Origin: Botryllus schlosseri
Taxonomy: Eukaryota
DNA length: 64,000 bases
Direction: 5' to 3'
NCBI GenBank assembly: GCA_051294905.1
Contig: CM119372.1
Location: 1,364,001 to 1,428,000, forward strand
Part shown: positions 35,012 through 49,300 of the stretch, piece after piece
Position numbering within the stretch: the stretch's first letter is position 1
Layout: each line of letters opens with the position of its first letter
The notes under the pieces: generated by a model
The model's input: the letters and a program-made list of their open reading frames with translations, nothing else
Told to the model about the DNA's origin: nothing
Database searches by the model: none
Program-made: the position numbers and the translations under genes

Positions 35012-37301
35012 TCTGCCTGGCTTCTGTGGAAGACGATCTTCACGCAGCAAACAGCTGTAAGGAAAAGTGTACCGGGCACTTTTACGAGTCTATCGTTCAT
35101 TACAAATGCATTCGCAAATGTCGCCGACCTGACAGAATGGTCCTTGTAGAAGACTCCTGGCCCCGTTTTATCTGGACCGGTGTGTGGCCTGTATTTGGTC
35201 AATTGTGGAGAGGAACGATTCCACAATCCTATAAAACGATCTTTTGATATCAGATTGAAGGCAGTATATTGAATAAAAGTTTTTGCGTGCAAAGTTTGAT
35301 TGCGGAAGGATTCTTTTGAATTGGAAGCGCCGAATTTCCATGTAAATAATTACGATATGTATCTTGAAACTTCAATTCCTTACCAGAAGTGACTATGAGT
35401 TTTGACTGGTTTATTTGAGCTTGCTTGCTGCTTTGTAGATTGTGCAATAGGGCTGTTCAAAAATAACCCTTTTTCCTGAATCTTGCTGGCAACGTGATTA
35501 AATCTTTAGGTTGCCTTAAAAAACGTCGCAAGCCAAATTTGAATTCATTCCAACCAATATTCGCGGGTTTGTATAGTTTGAAAATTTTGAATTTGCCCAA
35601 AAATAAAAAAAACAATTTTTTTCAAATTTTTCCGCCAACCCCATGGAATTGTTGCGCTGTCTTCAGAAACTATACAAAACAAATTTGACTCAATTCCAAG
35701 CCGTATAAGCGGAGTTATTCCAGTTTTTCGGTGATAATTCATAAATTATAGACTATATTGAAGGGATGTGATGGTGCTCTTTCAAGACTATCTTCTGCAA
35801 TTCTAAATTGTCATTGGAAAACAAGAATGTATAAAGTAGACAGGGTTGTAACTGAGTCACGAGTCAATCTCACTTTTATGGCTTTAGCAGGCTTTTTTCA
35901 ACTCTGCTTGGTGCTACTGGATGCCTTGCATTCATCATACTCTAATTTTCCCCACTTACTAGTACCTGTACCGATAATTCGTTAACTTTACTACTCAATG
36001 ACTTTACAATGAAACGTTGGTCTTGGCCGTCAGAGTCTCGAGACATGCGCAATGACTCAAGTACAAGTCGCGGCTGTACACAGATTGACTCAAGTCGAGT
36101 AATTTTCCGAATTTCGAGAAAATGACTTGAGTCACCAAAAAATCGTGACTCGAGTCATTACAACCCTGCAGGGGAAATAGAGCAATCGCTAAAAACTACT
36201 GGAATACTACGTCGCTGCACAGTGGAAATCTATGAATACAAAACATCCACAATATACATATCTTACAAAGTTTATTGTGACACTAAACCATTTTGAATCC
36301 GAGTGCAAAAACAAACGCCATAAGCATCCGCTGAGTCACACACAATAATCAAGGCTCGACTAAATAAAATCGTTGGAACTTATTTGTAGTGAGATCACTA
36401 TAAGAGCCACAAATCGTTTATCAAGAACTTGAGGAAGCACTTCACAATGATCGACAAGTCCACATTATTTCATTGATGATTTGTTAACAATCTACGCTGG
36501 TCAAGTGGTCAATCATCAACGTTGCAAGCATGATACATAGGCTACTACATTTCTCATATCATAGCACTGTAAGACTTTATGGTTGCATAATTCTGCGGGT
36601 GTTACTGGTAGAGCTGAGCACAATGTTTCGAGTCTAGTAATAAGAGACGATTCTTTCGAGTACTGAAATCATGTGTGCCTTGCCATCAACATCAAAAACT
36701 GACTTAACAGTTTCGATAGTATTTTCTGCTGTACAAGCCTTATCGCAGCACACGAAAGATGAACTAGAAAGCCACGCTCGTTAGTGGATATGGTATTTCT
36801 ACGAAGTGGTGATCAACACACGGCATTGACACAAAGTAGAATGAAATAGGTACGGTCAAAAAGACACAAAACTATCTTTAAACAGATGTAGAGCGGGCAC
36901 TATACTTTTTGTGGTAGCATGAAAGGTATATATTTCATCTTTACACATATTTCATACTGAATTACAAGTGATACTTTAATACTCGATTACGATTCGAATC
37001 ACCCGAGGCCCTACCAGATAACTTTGCCAGACAATTGTATTTGCAACACAGAGCGAGTAAATGTAAGTCACAAAATAACGACACGTCCAATGTCCACTTT
37101 CAGTTCAAGATATCCAGCACAAGACATATCCATGAATCATGTTTATCATATCAATTTAAAAGCTGCAGGAACTAGTATTACACGGAACATAAACAGAAGT
37201 GCAACGTAGCATCGATCAAATCACATCCCATAGTAAATCGCTGTTAGGAAACACCGTATATCATGCAAAAGATAGTAGAGTGAATAGTACAATGCGAAAA
37301 G

Positions 37302-40300
37302 TTACACGTCTTTCTCGATCTTGACTTTGGAAAGATCGAAGAACGACACCGGCGCTTTCGAATCGGACGCGTTGCCCTGTCCAGCCCCGAATGCCCCGGG
37401 CACCAGAATGATGGCACCCTCAACTTGCTTCAACGAATAACGAGACCGGTCGTAGGGCAAGCCAGACTCGTCGCGAAGCGAGTCGAATATCTGGAAATAA
37501 GTGGATAGGTTGGTGCTTCTTCGGTATACGCTCCGCAACAAAACAAGCGCTCCCCATGACAGCATTAAACGTTTCCCATGAACACGTCAAAATAAATTGT
37601 TAGGTAGGGTGAGATCCGAAAAAGGGAACACTTTTGAGAAATTGAGCAAAATGCATGTAGTCTAATTCTCATATCTGATTTTCCTGATTTTCTGATTTGA
37701 TAAGAACTGGACTTGATTTTTGTTGTATTTCTTTCCAATCATGAATTTTATTCAATTTTTAGGATTTTGAGAAATCAGCAATTCTAATTCCGAGCTGAAA
37801 ATTTTCTAGTTTTCCATGTTCAACTATGACATCACCATCGTGTAAGCATCACTCACTTGCTGGTAAAGCTGATTGTATCTGGCTTGAATGCCGCTTTTGG
37901 TGGCCTCCAGTTCTTTTTTCGCCGACATCAAATCCCTGCGTTTTTCGTTCAGTTCCTCGATGTCCATCTCCATTGACGAGATTGTTTCGATCTTCCTTTT
38001 GCGGCAGTTTTGAGCGGCAACCTGGATTTTACGTTGTACATTTATATTGCTTTCACGTAATATCAGTTTTCAAGTGATGACAGCACTACTTCAAGTAGAT
38101 GCAGAAAGGGAAAGGTCTGAAAAGTACTCAAGTAGCTACAAATATTTGACTTGTCAGGGGTAATTGTGTGCAACTCGTAGAGATTTCAAAAACTCTGTAA
38201 ATCAACAGTCATATCACCGATCATGACGTCACAGGCACTGCAAACCAGGGTTTTTTGGTGACCCGACTTGACTCGAGTCATATTTACAAATGCGTAAAAT
38301 GACTCGACTCGAGTCAATTTGTGTTTTGGCTTGACTTGTACTCGAGTCATTGTGCACGACTCGAACCAAGTCATATGACTCGAGACTCGGACTGCCAAGA
38401 CAGTTATTTCATTGTAACTTCGAAAAATCCACCACACTCTTGGTATTTCGTCTATCAGTCCTGATACTTGGAAATAGGGCAAGAAACTGTTAGGACTGAG
38501 GAAAATTACGACATTATGAATGCGAGTCATTCTATGTCACTCGAGCAGAGTTGAAAAAGAGGATTGGACCGGATTGAATTCAAAACTGAACAGTGAACAC
38601 AATGACTTGGACTCGAGTCACAACACTATAACTCGGACACTGCCCTCTACTCACTGACTTGGAGTTGACTCGGTGGGGAATTGAAAATGACTCGACTTGA
38701 CTCGAGTCAAAACTATAAAAGTGACTCGGAACCTCGGACTTGGTTACAACCCTGCTGCCAACTGTTAAGTAGTGTAGAAGTAGTCGTTACCTTATTTTTC
38801 CCGCGTCTTCGGATGTCCCTCACGAGCGACTGCTGCTCTGCGTTGAGATTGGCTCGGTTCAGAAGCTCGTTGTATTCCTCCACCGGAGTGTTGATGATCT
38901 CCTCCAGAGTGAGCGAGATGTTCAGCTCCCTGGCTTTCTTCTTGTCGCGAGACTCGCGCTGCTTCATCTTCTTGATTCTGGAAACGTAATTTAAACTCGG
39001 TTTTCAAACTTTTTTGACAGTCTTCATATTTATTGTACTAGTTCATGTCACTATCATGACTAAACGATGTATACATAGTTATTTGAAGAGCGTCTTGGAG
39101 GCAGAGAACATCAATAAACAATTGAACAATATATTCATATTGAAATGAACCCATATATTTACGGCTGACATTCGTGATACGGTTGTTGATACACAATGCT
39201 GTTTCCAATTCTCTACCAGTTGCTGACGATTACCCCTGACGAGTGTCAGCCGAAAATATTTGGGTTCATTTCAATATGAATATACAATTCAAGCATATAG
39301 TTATTTGATTAAAATTCCCTACAATAAGAAGTAGCGCACAAAACCTGTGACGTGATAAGCGTCAGCATCACGATTTTACTAATAATTATAATAATAATAC
39401 TTAACAGTTTTCAGTTTTTTAGGCAAAACTAGGCCTAGAACGGACTTGGACAATTAGACAATTCTAGTTGTCTAATTAGAGCAAAAAGCCAGTAATCTAA
39501 TTCTAATCTAATTTAATTTAGGTTTTTCTGAAAATGCTTGTACAAACTACTAATCTAGATAGTTTGGACGGCTTTTTGGGCAGTTCTAGTTTTGTTGTGA
39601 CTTTTGAAATCCGAGTGGTTCTAGTTGTGAATTTTGAAAATCCAAAAGTTTGTAAAAGTCTGGAACTGTACAGTGCAAAACGAACCAAGCTCGGTGTACA
39701 GACATTTGTCGTTCTCATGCGTATGAAAATGAACTTTGATATGATATGAACCAAGCTTGATAGTCGTTGCAGTTCTTTTTAATTAAGAATTTCATTCAAT
39801 TTCCAAGTTTTTGAGAATTCAGTAAGTCGAATTCTAATCTAATTCGCGAAAGCTGAAAATTTTCTAGCTATCCAACAGCGGGCCGCTATAAGTTGGGTAC
39901 CTTGTGCTATGTGTGATTGAAGAAGTCAAGGTGACTAAAAATTTTACCTTTCTTGCTGTTGGCGAGCGGTAAGTGGTGTGTTGTTTGTCTCGACTGAAAG
40001 CAAAAGACAGGGTTTAATATGTGATAGAGTGAACGCATCTTGAGTTGTCTGTATCTTGCAATTGGCAATACACTTACCGTGTGAGATTTCATGAATGTCG
40101 AGGTCCACCTCCATGATTTTATCCGCGTATCCTGGAAATCAAAATCAAACGATAGCAATCAACTTCACATATCACCGACATAAAATTGAATAATTCATAT
40201 CGAAATAAACCCAAATATTCCCGACTGTCACTCGTCAGGGGTAATCGTCATCAACTAGTAGAGAATTGGACACAACATTGTATATCAACAATCTATCACC

Positions 40301-43300
40301 AGAACACAGACTTACCGCTATCCAATGATTCTGACTCAGAGCACACCCCCATCGCAGCCTGACTCATAGTTTCCATTCCAAGGGGTGGAGGAACATATGG
40401 GGCACTGGCTGGGTCCATATAAGGTCCGGGCTGAAATTAACAATACTGCTATCAGGAATTTCAATGTTTCACTAAACTTTTCTATGAAACTAAAATTAAA
40501 CTGAGGTTGGATCAAGCTAAAAAGGTCATAAGCTCCAACACAGTTTGTGCGTGCAAAAAAAAACATTCTAGGAGGACCTTTCGTACCTCATTGTAATGGT
40601 ATTGGACGCAATTCCTATCGTTAACTTACAAGGTATGACACAGTACATTGTTTTAACACAAGATGAGTGATTACGGAGAAACAATGACGGACATCTACAC
40701 GTAGAACAGAATGCTAAAGAAAGTTTAGCCTTTCAGCATAAAAAGTGAAATTGCACTTAAAAGTGAGCCCTATATGTGAGTGTTACACTGTAATATGGTA
40801 AACAGTATTTGTTGAATCGCTTGGTGTCGCAATATGTACTGAACAACTAACTTGAACGTATAACTTTTTTGCGATCAGTGCCAATTGCTGCAGTATAGCA
40901 CAGCTGAAGTTCATTTAGTACCCAACGGCCAACAACAGTACAGGATTTTTTTATGCATTGTCTCTCTTTACTCATGACCATAAAACGAACTAGTGATTTT
41001 CCTTAATTCAGCCAAAAGTGAGAGGAACCAAGGTGTCTTAATGAAGCGGAGGCGACTGTATATATGATTTTGCCTATTTATTGCTGTTAATCAAACTGTA
41101 CAAAGCAAAAGGATTAAAAAACAACAGACAAACGATAACTAAATTTGACAGGTATAGTTTCATCAAATAATCATTAAAAAATATATCATTAAAATTGGGT
41201 TAACATATTTTGAGATCTGGAAAGGAGTACACTTTTCACAAGTTTCACATTACCAGAAAACTGCCGATTCTAAATTTTTATGGGAAATCCTGTTGTGTTG
41301 ACTAAAAAAAAGGGCAGTTCTTCAGTTCTACTCCCGAGAGACCCGCTCGGACATCCACAGAGTCATTCATGGACATTTTTTAGTTGTGCCTGTCCATTAG
41401 CCTGGCTGTGAAAGCTATAAAGGAGGACGAATTCCCAAAAAGGAGGACATTAAGGGGTCCTCGGATGACATTTCAATTTCCTGCAGGACCTAATTATGGT
41501 AACCCTATTAAAAATCATCATTGAAAATTTTTCAACGTTGTAATCATTAAAAATTATTTGGAAACATCTTTTTCACCATAAAAGCGCAGCTAAATCAATC
41601 TATTACCTGTCTCTGCATGTTATTCATGATGTCCAGCTCCGCCAAAACATCAGTCAGGTTAGTCGTGGGTTCGTCACCGTCCAAAAACCACCCCCCGGGG
41701 GCAGAAACTTGCTCCGCGTTTAACGGCGGGGCATTCGGGACGCCGGTCACGTTGTCGAGTTGAAGCAGCAAGTCGTTCTGTTGCTGGGTCATCATCATCT
41801 CTGTCAGCTTGACCTCCTCAAGGCTGGCAGGGCTTAACTTGTTGATGGGATCCGTAGGGAATGCGGTGGCATGGTCGCTCTGTTCGTTATAGGGTGGGGT
41901 TGGGAAATTGGGGTATGGAATGTTAACGTCTGGAAAATTACATTGATTTAGAATAGCATATTTGAAGAGAGTCTTGGGCTGCAGAACTTGAATTGAATGA
42001 TATATATTGAAATAAACCGTAATATTCCAGTTTCCAGTCATCAAGCATGTCCGGGTTTCAGCAAATGCAAACAATTTCTACTGAATGAATACTAGTCAGC
42101 CCTCAATCACGAACCGACATATCGACATATCACGGCATGTTCCACTTTTTTGTCGCTTGTCCTTTTATATTCTCTTCCTTTACTTTTCGTTCAGTGTGCG
42201 TGCCTCCTATTTACATCGCGTAGGCCCAGGTGGGTGACTGATTCCAAAGACTACTCCAAGTCGTTTCGACACCTTCCTATCTTTTCATTGTATCGCAGTC
42301 TTGTGGGTTGTGAAATGATGAAATTGTTAATAAACTCATACTGATATTACGTCGTTACGACATAGATTTATTGTTCATTACTGTATAGTCAATTCATGCC
42401 GTTTTTAATATCTTTTATCGAGAATCTAGACCCATTTTCAGAAATTGGTTCGAGTAGTTTGTTCTTCCAAACATTAAAAGAGCTTCTTGGAGGTACAGAA
42501 CTTCAATACACATATGAATAGTATATTCATATTGAAATGAACCCGAATATTTTCGGCTGACACTCGTCAGAGGTAATCGTCAGCAACTAGTAGAGAATTG
42601 GAAAGAACATTGTATATCAACAATCGTATCACAAAATATGACGTCACCAGCATGAAATTTCGTATATCAAACAGCAAAAATGCACTTACACTGTTCCTTA
42701 GCAACTGGTTTTTGCTCAGGCATCTGGATCTGAGATGAGCCGTTGAAAACGTCACTGAAAGAAATTTCAAAGACTGTTTTTTCAAATTTTACAAAAAAAT
42801 TGAGTTCATTTGTTCACTCCACACCCATCCATAAATATCGGAATCATATGTAGCTTTCTGAAGAGCTTATAACACCATATTTTACTTGAAAGTTGTAACT
42901 CGTAACGACTCGTGTAGCAATTTTTCGGTGACTCGACTTGACTCCGGTCACTATTTTTAACACAGAAAATGACTCGACTTGAGTCACGTTGTATATTGAG
43001 TCAACTTGTACTCGAGTCATTCTATATGACTTGATTCATTTCGGTCATATCTGTTTGAATAAACATGTTAAGAAATATATTGAGCATTATCGTGTTAAGA
43101 CTCGAGTCTGTGAGACATTCAATATCACCCAAGCAGAGTTCTAAAAATGTGAGTCCCACATTACTTGAACTAGAGTCTGAACACTGAACACCATGACTTG
43201 GACTCGGACTTAAGAGTCAACACTGTGTCTCCGACTTGGACCTTTGCGCCCTCACTTGAACTCGGACTTGACTCGGTGGTGAATTGAAAATGACTCGACA

Positions 43301-46300
43301 TGACCCGAGTCAAACTGTAAAATTAATATTGCCTTGTGACTCGGAGCCTTGTCACTTGATTACAGCCCTGAGATGTGTACATGCCGCTGGACAAGGAAGG
43401 TGCAGATATAGCCTGGGAAGGCTTTCCAAGTCTAAGTCATCCATCCAGTATAATCCTAGTAAGATTGTAAGTCAATAGCGATATGAATTACCTTTGATAT
43501 TGACTAGCCTGAAACGGCGTATGTTGTGTCATCGGGCTCGCAGACATTTCTTGTTTGGCGCACTCGCCAGAATCAAGAGCGAGGTAAGCTTCAGACAACG
43601 TAGCAATGTCATCCCAGAGCTCTTTATTCTGAATTGATTACAAATTTTACATGCGGTGGTCAAAGTGATCATGGTAGAAGTTATCTTGTGAATTTCTACT
43701 CAATTATAAGTAGAAATAACAGTTTCAGAGACATGTCAACATTACTTCAAGTGGAAGTGGAATATAAATGGTCTAAAATGCTGAAATAGGTAGTTTCAAA
43801 AAGTAGATTTGGGCGAGGGATCGTGTACTTTTAGCAGTTATGACAGTACAAAAAGGTACATCGGTATGAATTTCGAAAATACATTCAGTTACGTTGAGAG
43901 GCCTACAGGGATGTTTCACGAAGTTCCTATGACAATTTCACTCATAATAGTGATGAAAACTTATCACAAAACCTTGAGTGTAAAAAGTATGTGATTTTGC
44001 TTAAAAACATGAACTTAAAAAATTTGTAACGGATTATATCTATAGTAACAAATGATTGTTTCAGTCACAAAAGTGATGCAAAATTATCACAAAACCACTT
44101 TCCAAAATGCAAATTGTAAAAAGTAATTAATTTTGCCTTCCAAGCTGTTCAAGTAGAAGTGAAAATAGTGTAGGCCTGCAACCATAATCACTTGACTCAC
44201 TTGACCGTCGGTGTTGGTAAAATTACTGGTAATGATTTTGAAAGAAGTTCATGATCCGCAATGTATGAGTTTGACTTTAGAATATAAGAAAGCGTGTAGC
44301 GAAATGTGTACACAGTTGCTGAACGCCAATATTTAATTATTAAATCAATAAGAGTGTGCAATTGGAAGAATCATGATCATTTATGGTTTAAATATACTTA
44401 CTATGGTGTCTGTGTTGTCACCATTTATGAGTTGAATACCCTGCAAAAGAAATAAAAGACCATTATGGCACTTGAACTGATCACGAGGCGAGCGAGCAGT
44501 AACTTTCACTTGTCATAACACATCTCTTGTTTAAACAAATTTATTCTTGAATTGAATCCCGTCTTTTGGGTACGGTATTATCATCACAATCCTTTCATTA
44601 AATCCACACAAAGCGGCATTCGAACTTAACAATGCCGTTCTGGCTTACATAACTTTGATGCGGGTTCGAAAAAACAGGTGCGCATGCTTGAGTAATACAT
44701 ATCAATCGGCCCTTATCGATTAGTATGGTTGATAAGGTCAGTAATAAGTCCAGCGATTTCACATTTCTAGAAAACAATGTAAAGTGCTACGAATTATCTA
44801 TCAAACGTCGTGATAGTGTTGAATATTTTGCCCCGAAATTTATGACAAGCACAACGAATGTAATATTCAATTGTGGATTGAAGTTCGGTACCTCCAAAAA
44901 GCTATCCAAAAATAACGACTTTGATAATCTTATGTCGATTCAACCAAATCGAAATAACTGAATCTCTGTAGCCTATGCCAAGTAAAAGATGTTTGATTGA
45001 GATTAACTTTTGCCCGGGGGCTATAGGCCTAAGAGCAAAATAATAGGCCTACTTTTTGATGTATTGACCGGAGTAGCATTACTTTGTACTACACGTTTCT
45101 TGTGCTGCGGTACGACCAATTGAGGTTTACAGTGGAAAATAGTATCAAAACTATAATTCTCATTGATAAATTTACTCTTATACTCTTACTGACAAGGAGC
45201 ATAGAATTTCAGTACTGGAAAAAATTATGTCTTACTACTCTACTCAAATCATTAGAATTAATACCAGGTTCAGATTCGAGTGCTCAATCTTTGTTTCCAG
45301 CCCGACTTATTGCTTGATTAGGGGCAATAACGTTCCCCACCCTTTTGGTAGAGTCAAATTCATCACTATTCCGACTGTTAATTTGGAATGGACGCCTTCA
45401 ATCGCGAAACTATCTGAGATAATTGTGATTGAGATAAATGTTATCAACAATGTGTAAATGACATAATTGGTTGAAATTGGCGCGTTGTGGGAGTGAATGA
45501 ACATGCTTTAATCAATCTAAATCAGTGGTTCCCAACCTTTTTCGACCCATCGCCCCCTTTTCAAGGTCAACACCGATCATCGCCCCCCAAATTTTGTGCA
45601 CCGATAATTGGGCATACAGGCTGTAATCACCGGCGGGTTGACTAAAAAAAAAAAAAAGGTCATCTTTCTCTGCTCAGAGCTGAAAATAACGTTTTTTCTC
45701 TCCGAATGGCTAGGTGGATGACTAAAAAAAAAAAAAAAGGTCAGCCGTTTTGACGCGTCATCGCCCCCCTATCGCCCCCTTCGCTATTTTCGCCCCCCGT
45801 CGCCCCCTTTGTCTATTTTCGCCCCCCTATCGCCCCCTTCGTAATTTTCGCCCCCCTAGATCGCCAAATCGCCCCCTGGGGGGCGATATCGCCCACGTTG
45901 GGAACCACTGATCTAAATCGTAATTCGCCAAGACTTTCTGCAACACAACAAATAGATTAAATACTGGGCGTTTTAGTTTCACTCAACAGGTTAAATCAAA
46001 GGAAATGCCACTGATATTTTGACCAATCATCTTGTCATCTCATCTCCCCATGCATACAATATCGCTCTACATTAATCTAAATGCTTCAATATAGTAGGGA
46101 ATTTTTCTTTATTTACCAGGTAATCATAGAGACACTTTCCAATATTATTATGCGGTAACCATCAAGCAATAAAAATGCAACAATACTCATCAAAGGATAA
46201 CCGGACAGTACCTGAGGGTCCGATGTAATTCCAGATTCCAAAAATTCATCGAGATTGAATTCAGGAGTCTAAAGAGAAGTTGATTTCTTTGAAAACTTTA

Positions 46301-49300
46301 ATTCGTTCAGTCTCCCATGTTCTAGGCCTAGATTCTTGATTTAACACGTAGAATTTTCGATTGCAGGTTACGTAAATAACAGAAGATAATGGACTTTTTG
46401 GCGGTCTATCCACGCCAAAATGCCATGAAATAACACTACTGTACCCGTTGCTGCTAAGTGCTCACTAGGTTTGTTCAAAAATAACTTTTTTTCTTCAAGT
46501 GTTACTGGCAATTCAATAAAATTGTTAGGTTGGCTAAAAAATTATGCATAACAAATTTGGCTAAATGACAAGGGTGGAAGCGAATTTATTGGAGTAAAAA
46601 ATTTATTGATTTGATAAAAAATAGTATTTACGGTTGGAAATTCTTCAATTGTTCATGTTACAACCACCCACGGTAAATACTATTTTTCAAATCCAAAATT
46701 TTAAACATCAATAACTTCGCTTCCACTGGTTGTAATTGTGCCAAATTTGCTCTACATCGTTTTTTAGAAAACTTAACAATTTCATGGGTTTGTCAGTAAA
46801 ATTTGAAAATATTTTTTTGAACATATTTGAGATCTTTTAACTTCAATGGCTTCGCTTCTACAGGTTGTATTTGAGCCAGATTTAATGTGTTGAAATCGCA
46901 ATAAAATTGAAACAAAAATATTATCTATGAACAACCCTACTGCCCATTGCTCAATCACAGCTTAAATAGTGACAATTGTTGCCCTACTGTGTAACTAGAG
47001 GTAGTTAAAGTAGTCAGCTTTCTGCTCAAGTAGAAGTAGAAGTAGCACCATGAATTTCACTCAGTGACCAGATCTTTCAGTAACAAAGTACTTCTACTCT
47101 TCAAATTACTCCAAGTAGGTTTTGCCAACTTTAGGGTCACCATATGTGCACATTTAGGAGGATCTGCCCTCCTTTTTCAGCTAAATTGAAAAATACCTGC
47201 AGGGACCCCTAAATGTCCTCTTTTTGGGAATTCGTCAACCTTTATAAAAAAAAAATTAGAATCATAGTTTTCTCGTCTGCTAAACCAACTTTTGTGATTT
47301 GTAAAAGTGTCCTCATTACCGGATCCCAAAATATGGTAACCCTAGCTTCTTGTACTACTTACTCAAGAGGTTATGGTGTTACACTACTTATACTAATGAC
47401 TACAAATATGGGAATCTTGAAAATAGATTCAGTCACCATGATACAGGACCTATTTCCCACATAAAAGTGATGCAAACATATCACAAAACTGCTTCCTACT
47501 TTTCAAAATACAGAGTGTCAAAATTGAGTAGTTTTACCTAAAAACGTGTTCAAGTAGGAGTGGTTCGATAGAAGTACTTCATTACTGACGATCTTTGTAT
47601 GCAAATCGGTATAATAGGCTTAAAAACAAGACATATGACGTCACCTCATTGTTGTTCACTGCAGTAGTTACGACATTGGTCCGTGAAATCGGGAGAAACT
47701 CTCCTGTCTCGCCGTCAACGATGTAATCCTGAAATGTAACAATGGAAATGAATACTTTATATAAAAAACGTAAATATTATTTAAATATTAAAAAAAAAAA
47801 ATAGAATAAAAATAAATAAATAAATAAAAATAATCTCGACATTTTCATTGGGGATTGTGGACGTATCAGTTTTACTGTGAATAAAGAAAAATACTGATGA
47901 AAATGTTAAAAAGTCGAAAAAAGACTCTGCTGAACAATTACGAGTGGCTTGCAATGGAGGACCGCGAACCTTACCTGAGATTCAAATCCAAACTTGTTCG
48001 GAACGTCGACTTCTTTACTGTTCTTGATTGGCTCAAAAAGCGGCCAGTTCACTCCCAGATCTATATTTTGCTGATACAAAGCATTCAATTCCATACCCTG
48101 TAACACAGAAAGAAAGCACGTATTATATATGGCACAAGACTTTTCGTGTCGAGTAGTTGCAACACCTTCCTATCATTTCATTATATCGTAATCTTGTGGT
48201 GTGTAATCTGATGAACATTTCAATGACTGCCAGACTGATAGCCGAGGTGTCTGGGTAGCCGAGATGGCAACAGCGGTCATTTGGAACAGGTTAGCGCCAG
48301 TAAGCAACAAGTTTCGCAAAAGGACAAGATAGTTTGAGGGTGTTACAAATTCAAAGGCGCTTTGGAATTACAACAATCAATGCGTGGTGTTTCAGTAACG
48401 TTCCAATCAGGAGCGCAATTGCCTTCATACGTTACGGAGAACTATCCGAATTCGCCGCGTAACTGAAGCCGGTACCTTCAACGCAGAATATAATAAAATT
48501 GATAGTCAGCCCTCAAGATCACCGGACCTCCTACTGACATATTGACCTCGCCTATAGAGCACACGGGTCATTCATTTTATTCGCTATAGTATGTTATGTT
48601 ATCCCTTATTTCTTTCCACCTAATGTGCATGTCTCTTATTTACATCGCCTATGCTCAGGTGGGTGTCTGATTTCAAAGGCAAACTACAAGTCGTTTCGAC
48701 ACCTTCTTATCTTTTTATTGTATCGCAGTGCTGTGGTGTTTTGAAACGATAAAATCGTTCATGAACGGATACTGAAGGCAGAAGCCACAGGATAGAATAT
48801 ATAGATACTAGTCAGCGCTCGAGATTATACCAGACCATAATCTGATATATCGACCTCTAAGATAAATCTTCGCTTAAGTTGTAGTATAGGTAATCTGTGT
48901 CAAACTCAAACTATACCCTATTGAATAATATATTAATATTGACATAAACCCGAATATTGTAGGCTGACACTCGTCAGGGGCACTGGTCAGCCACTACATA
49001 GTATTCAGGTTTATTTCAGTACGAATATATTATTCAATTGTATACTGAAGTTTTGAGTCCCTATGAGTCTCTACAAACTATATTCTATTGAATAATACAT
49101 TGATAATGAAATAAACCTGAACATTGTCAGCTGGCACACATCAGGGGCAATCGTCCGCAAATAGTATTCGGGTTTAGTTCAAAATGAATATATTATTCAA
49201 CTGTACACTGAATTTCTGCGTCTCCGAGAGCATCTTCAAACTATATACTGTTGCCGCACATTGCACATTGTGCCCGATCCATGGTACGAAATATTGTCAC

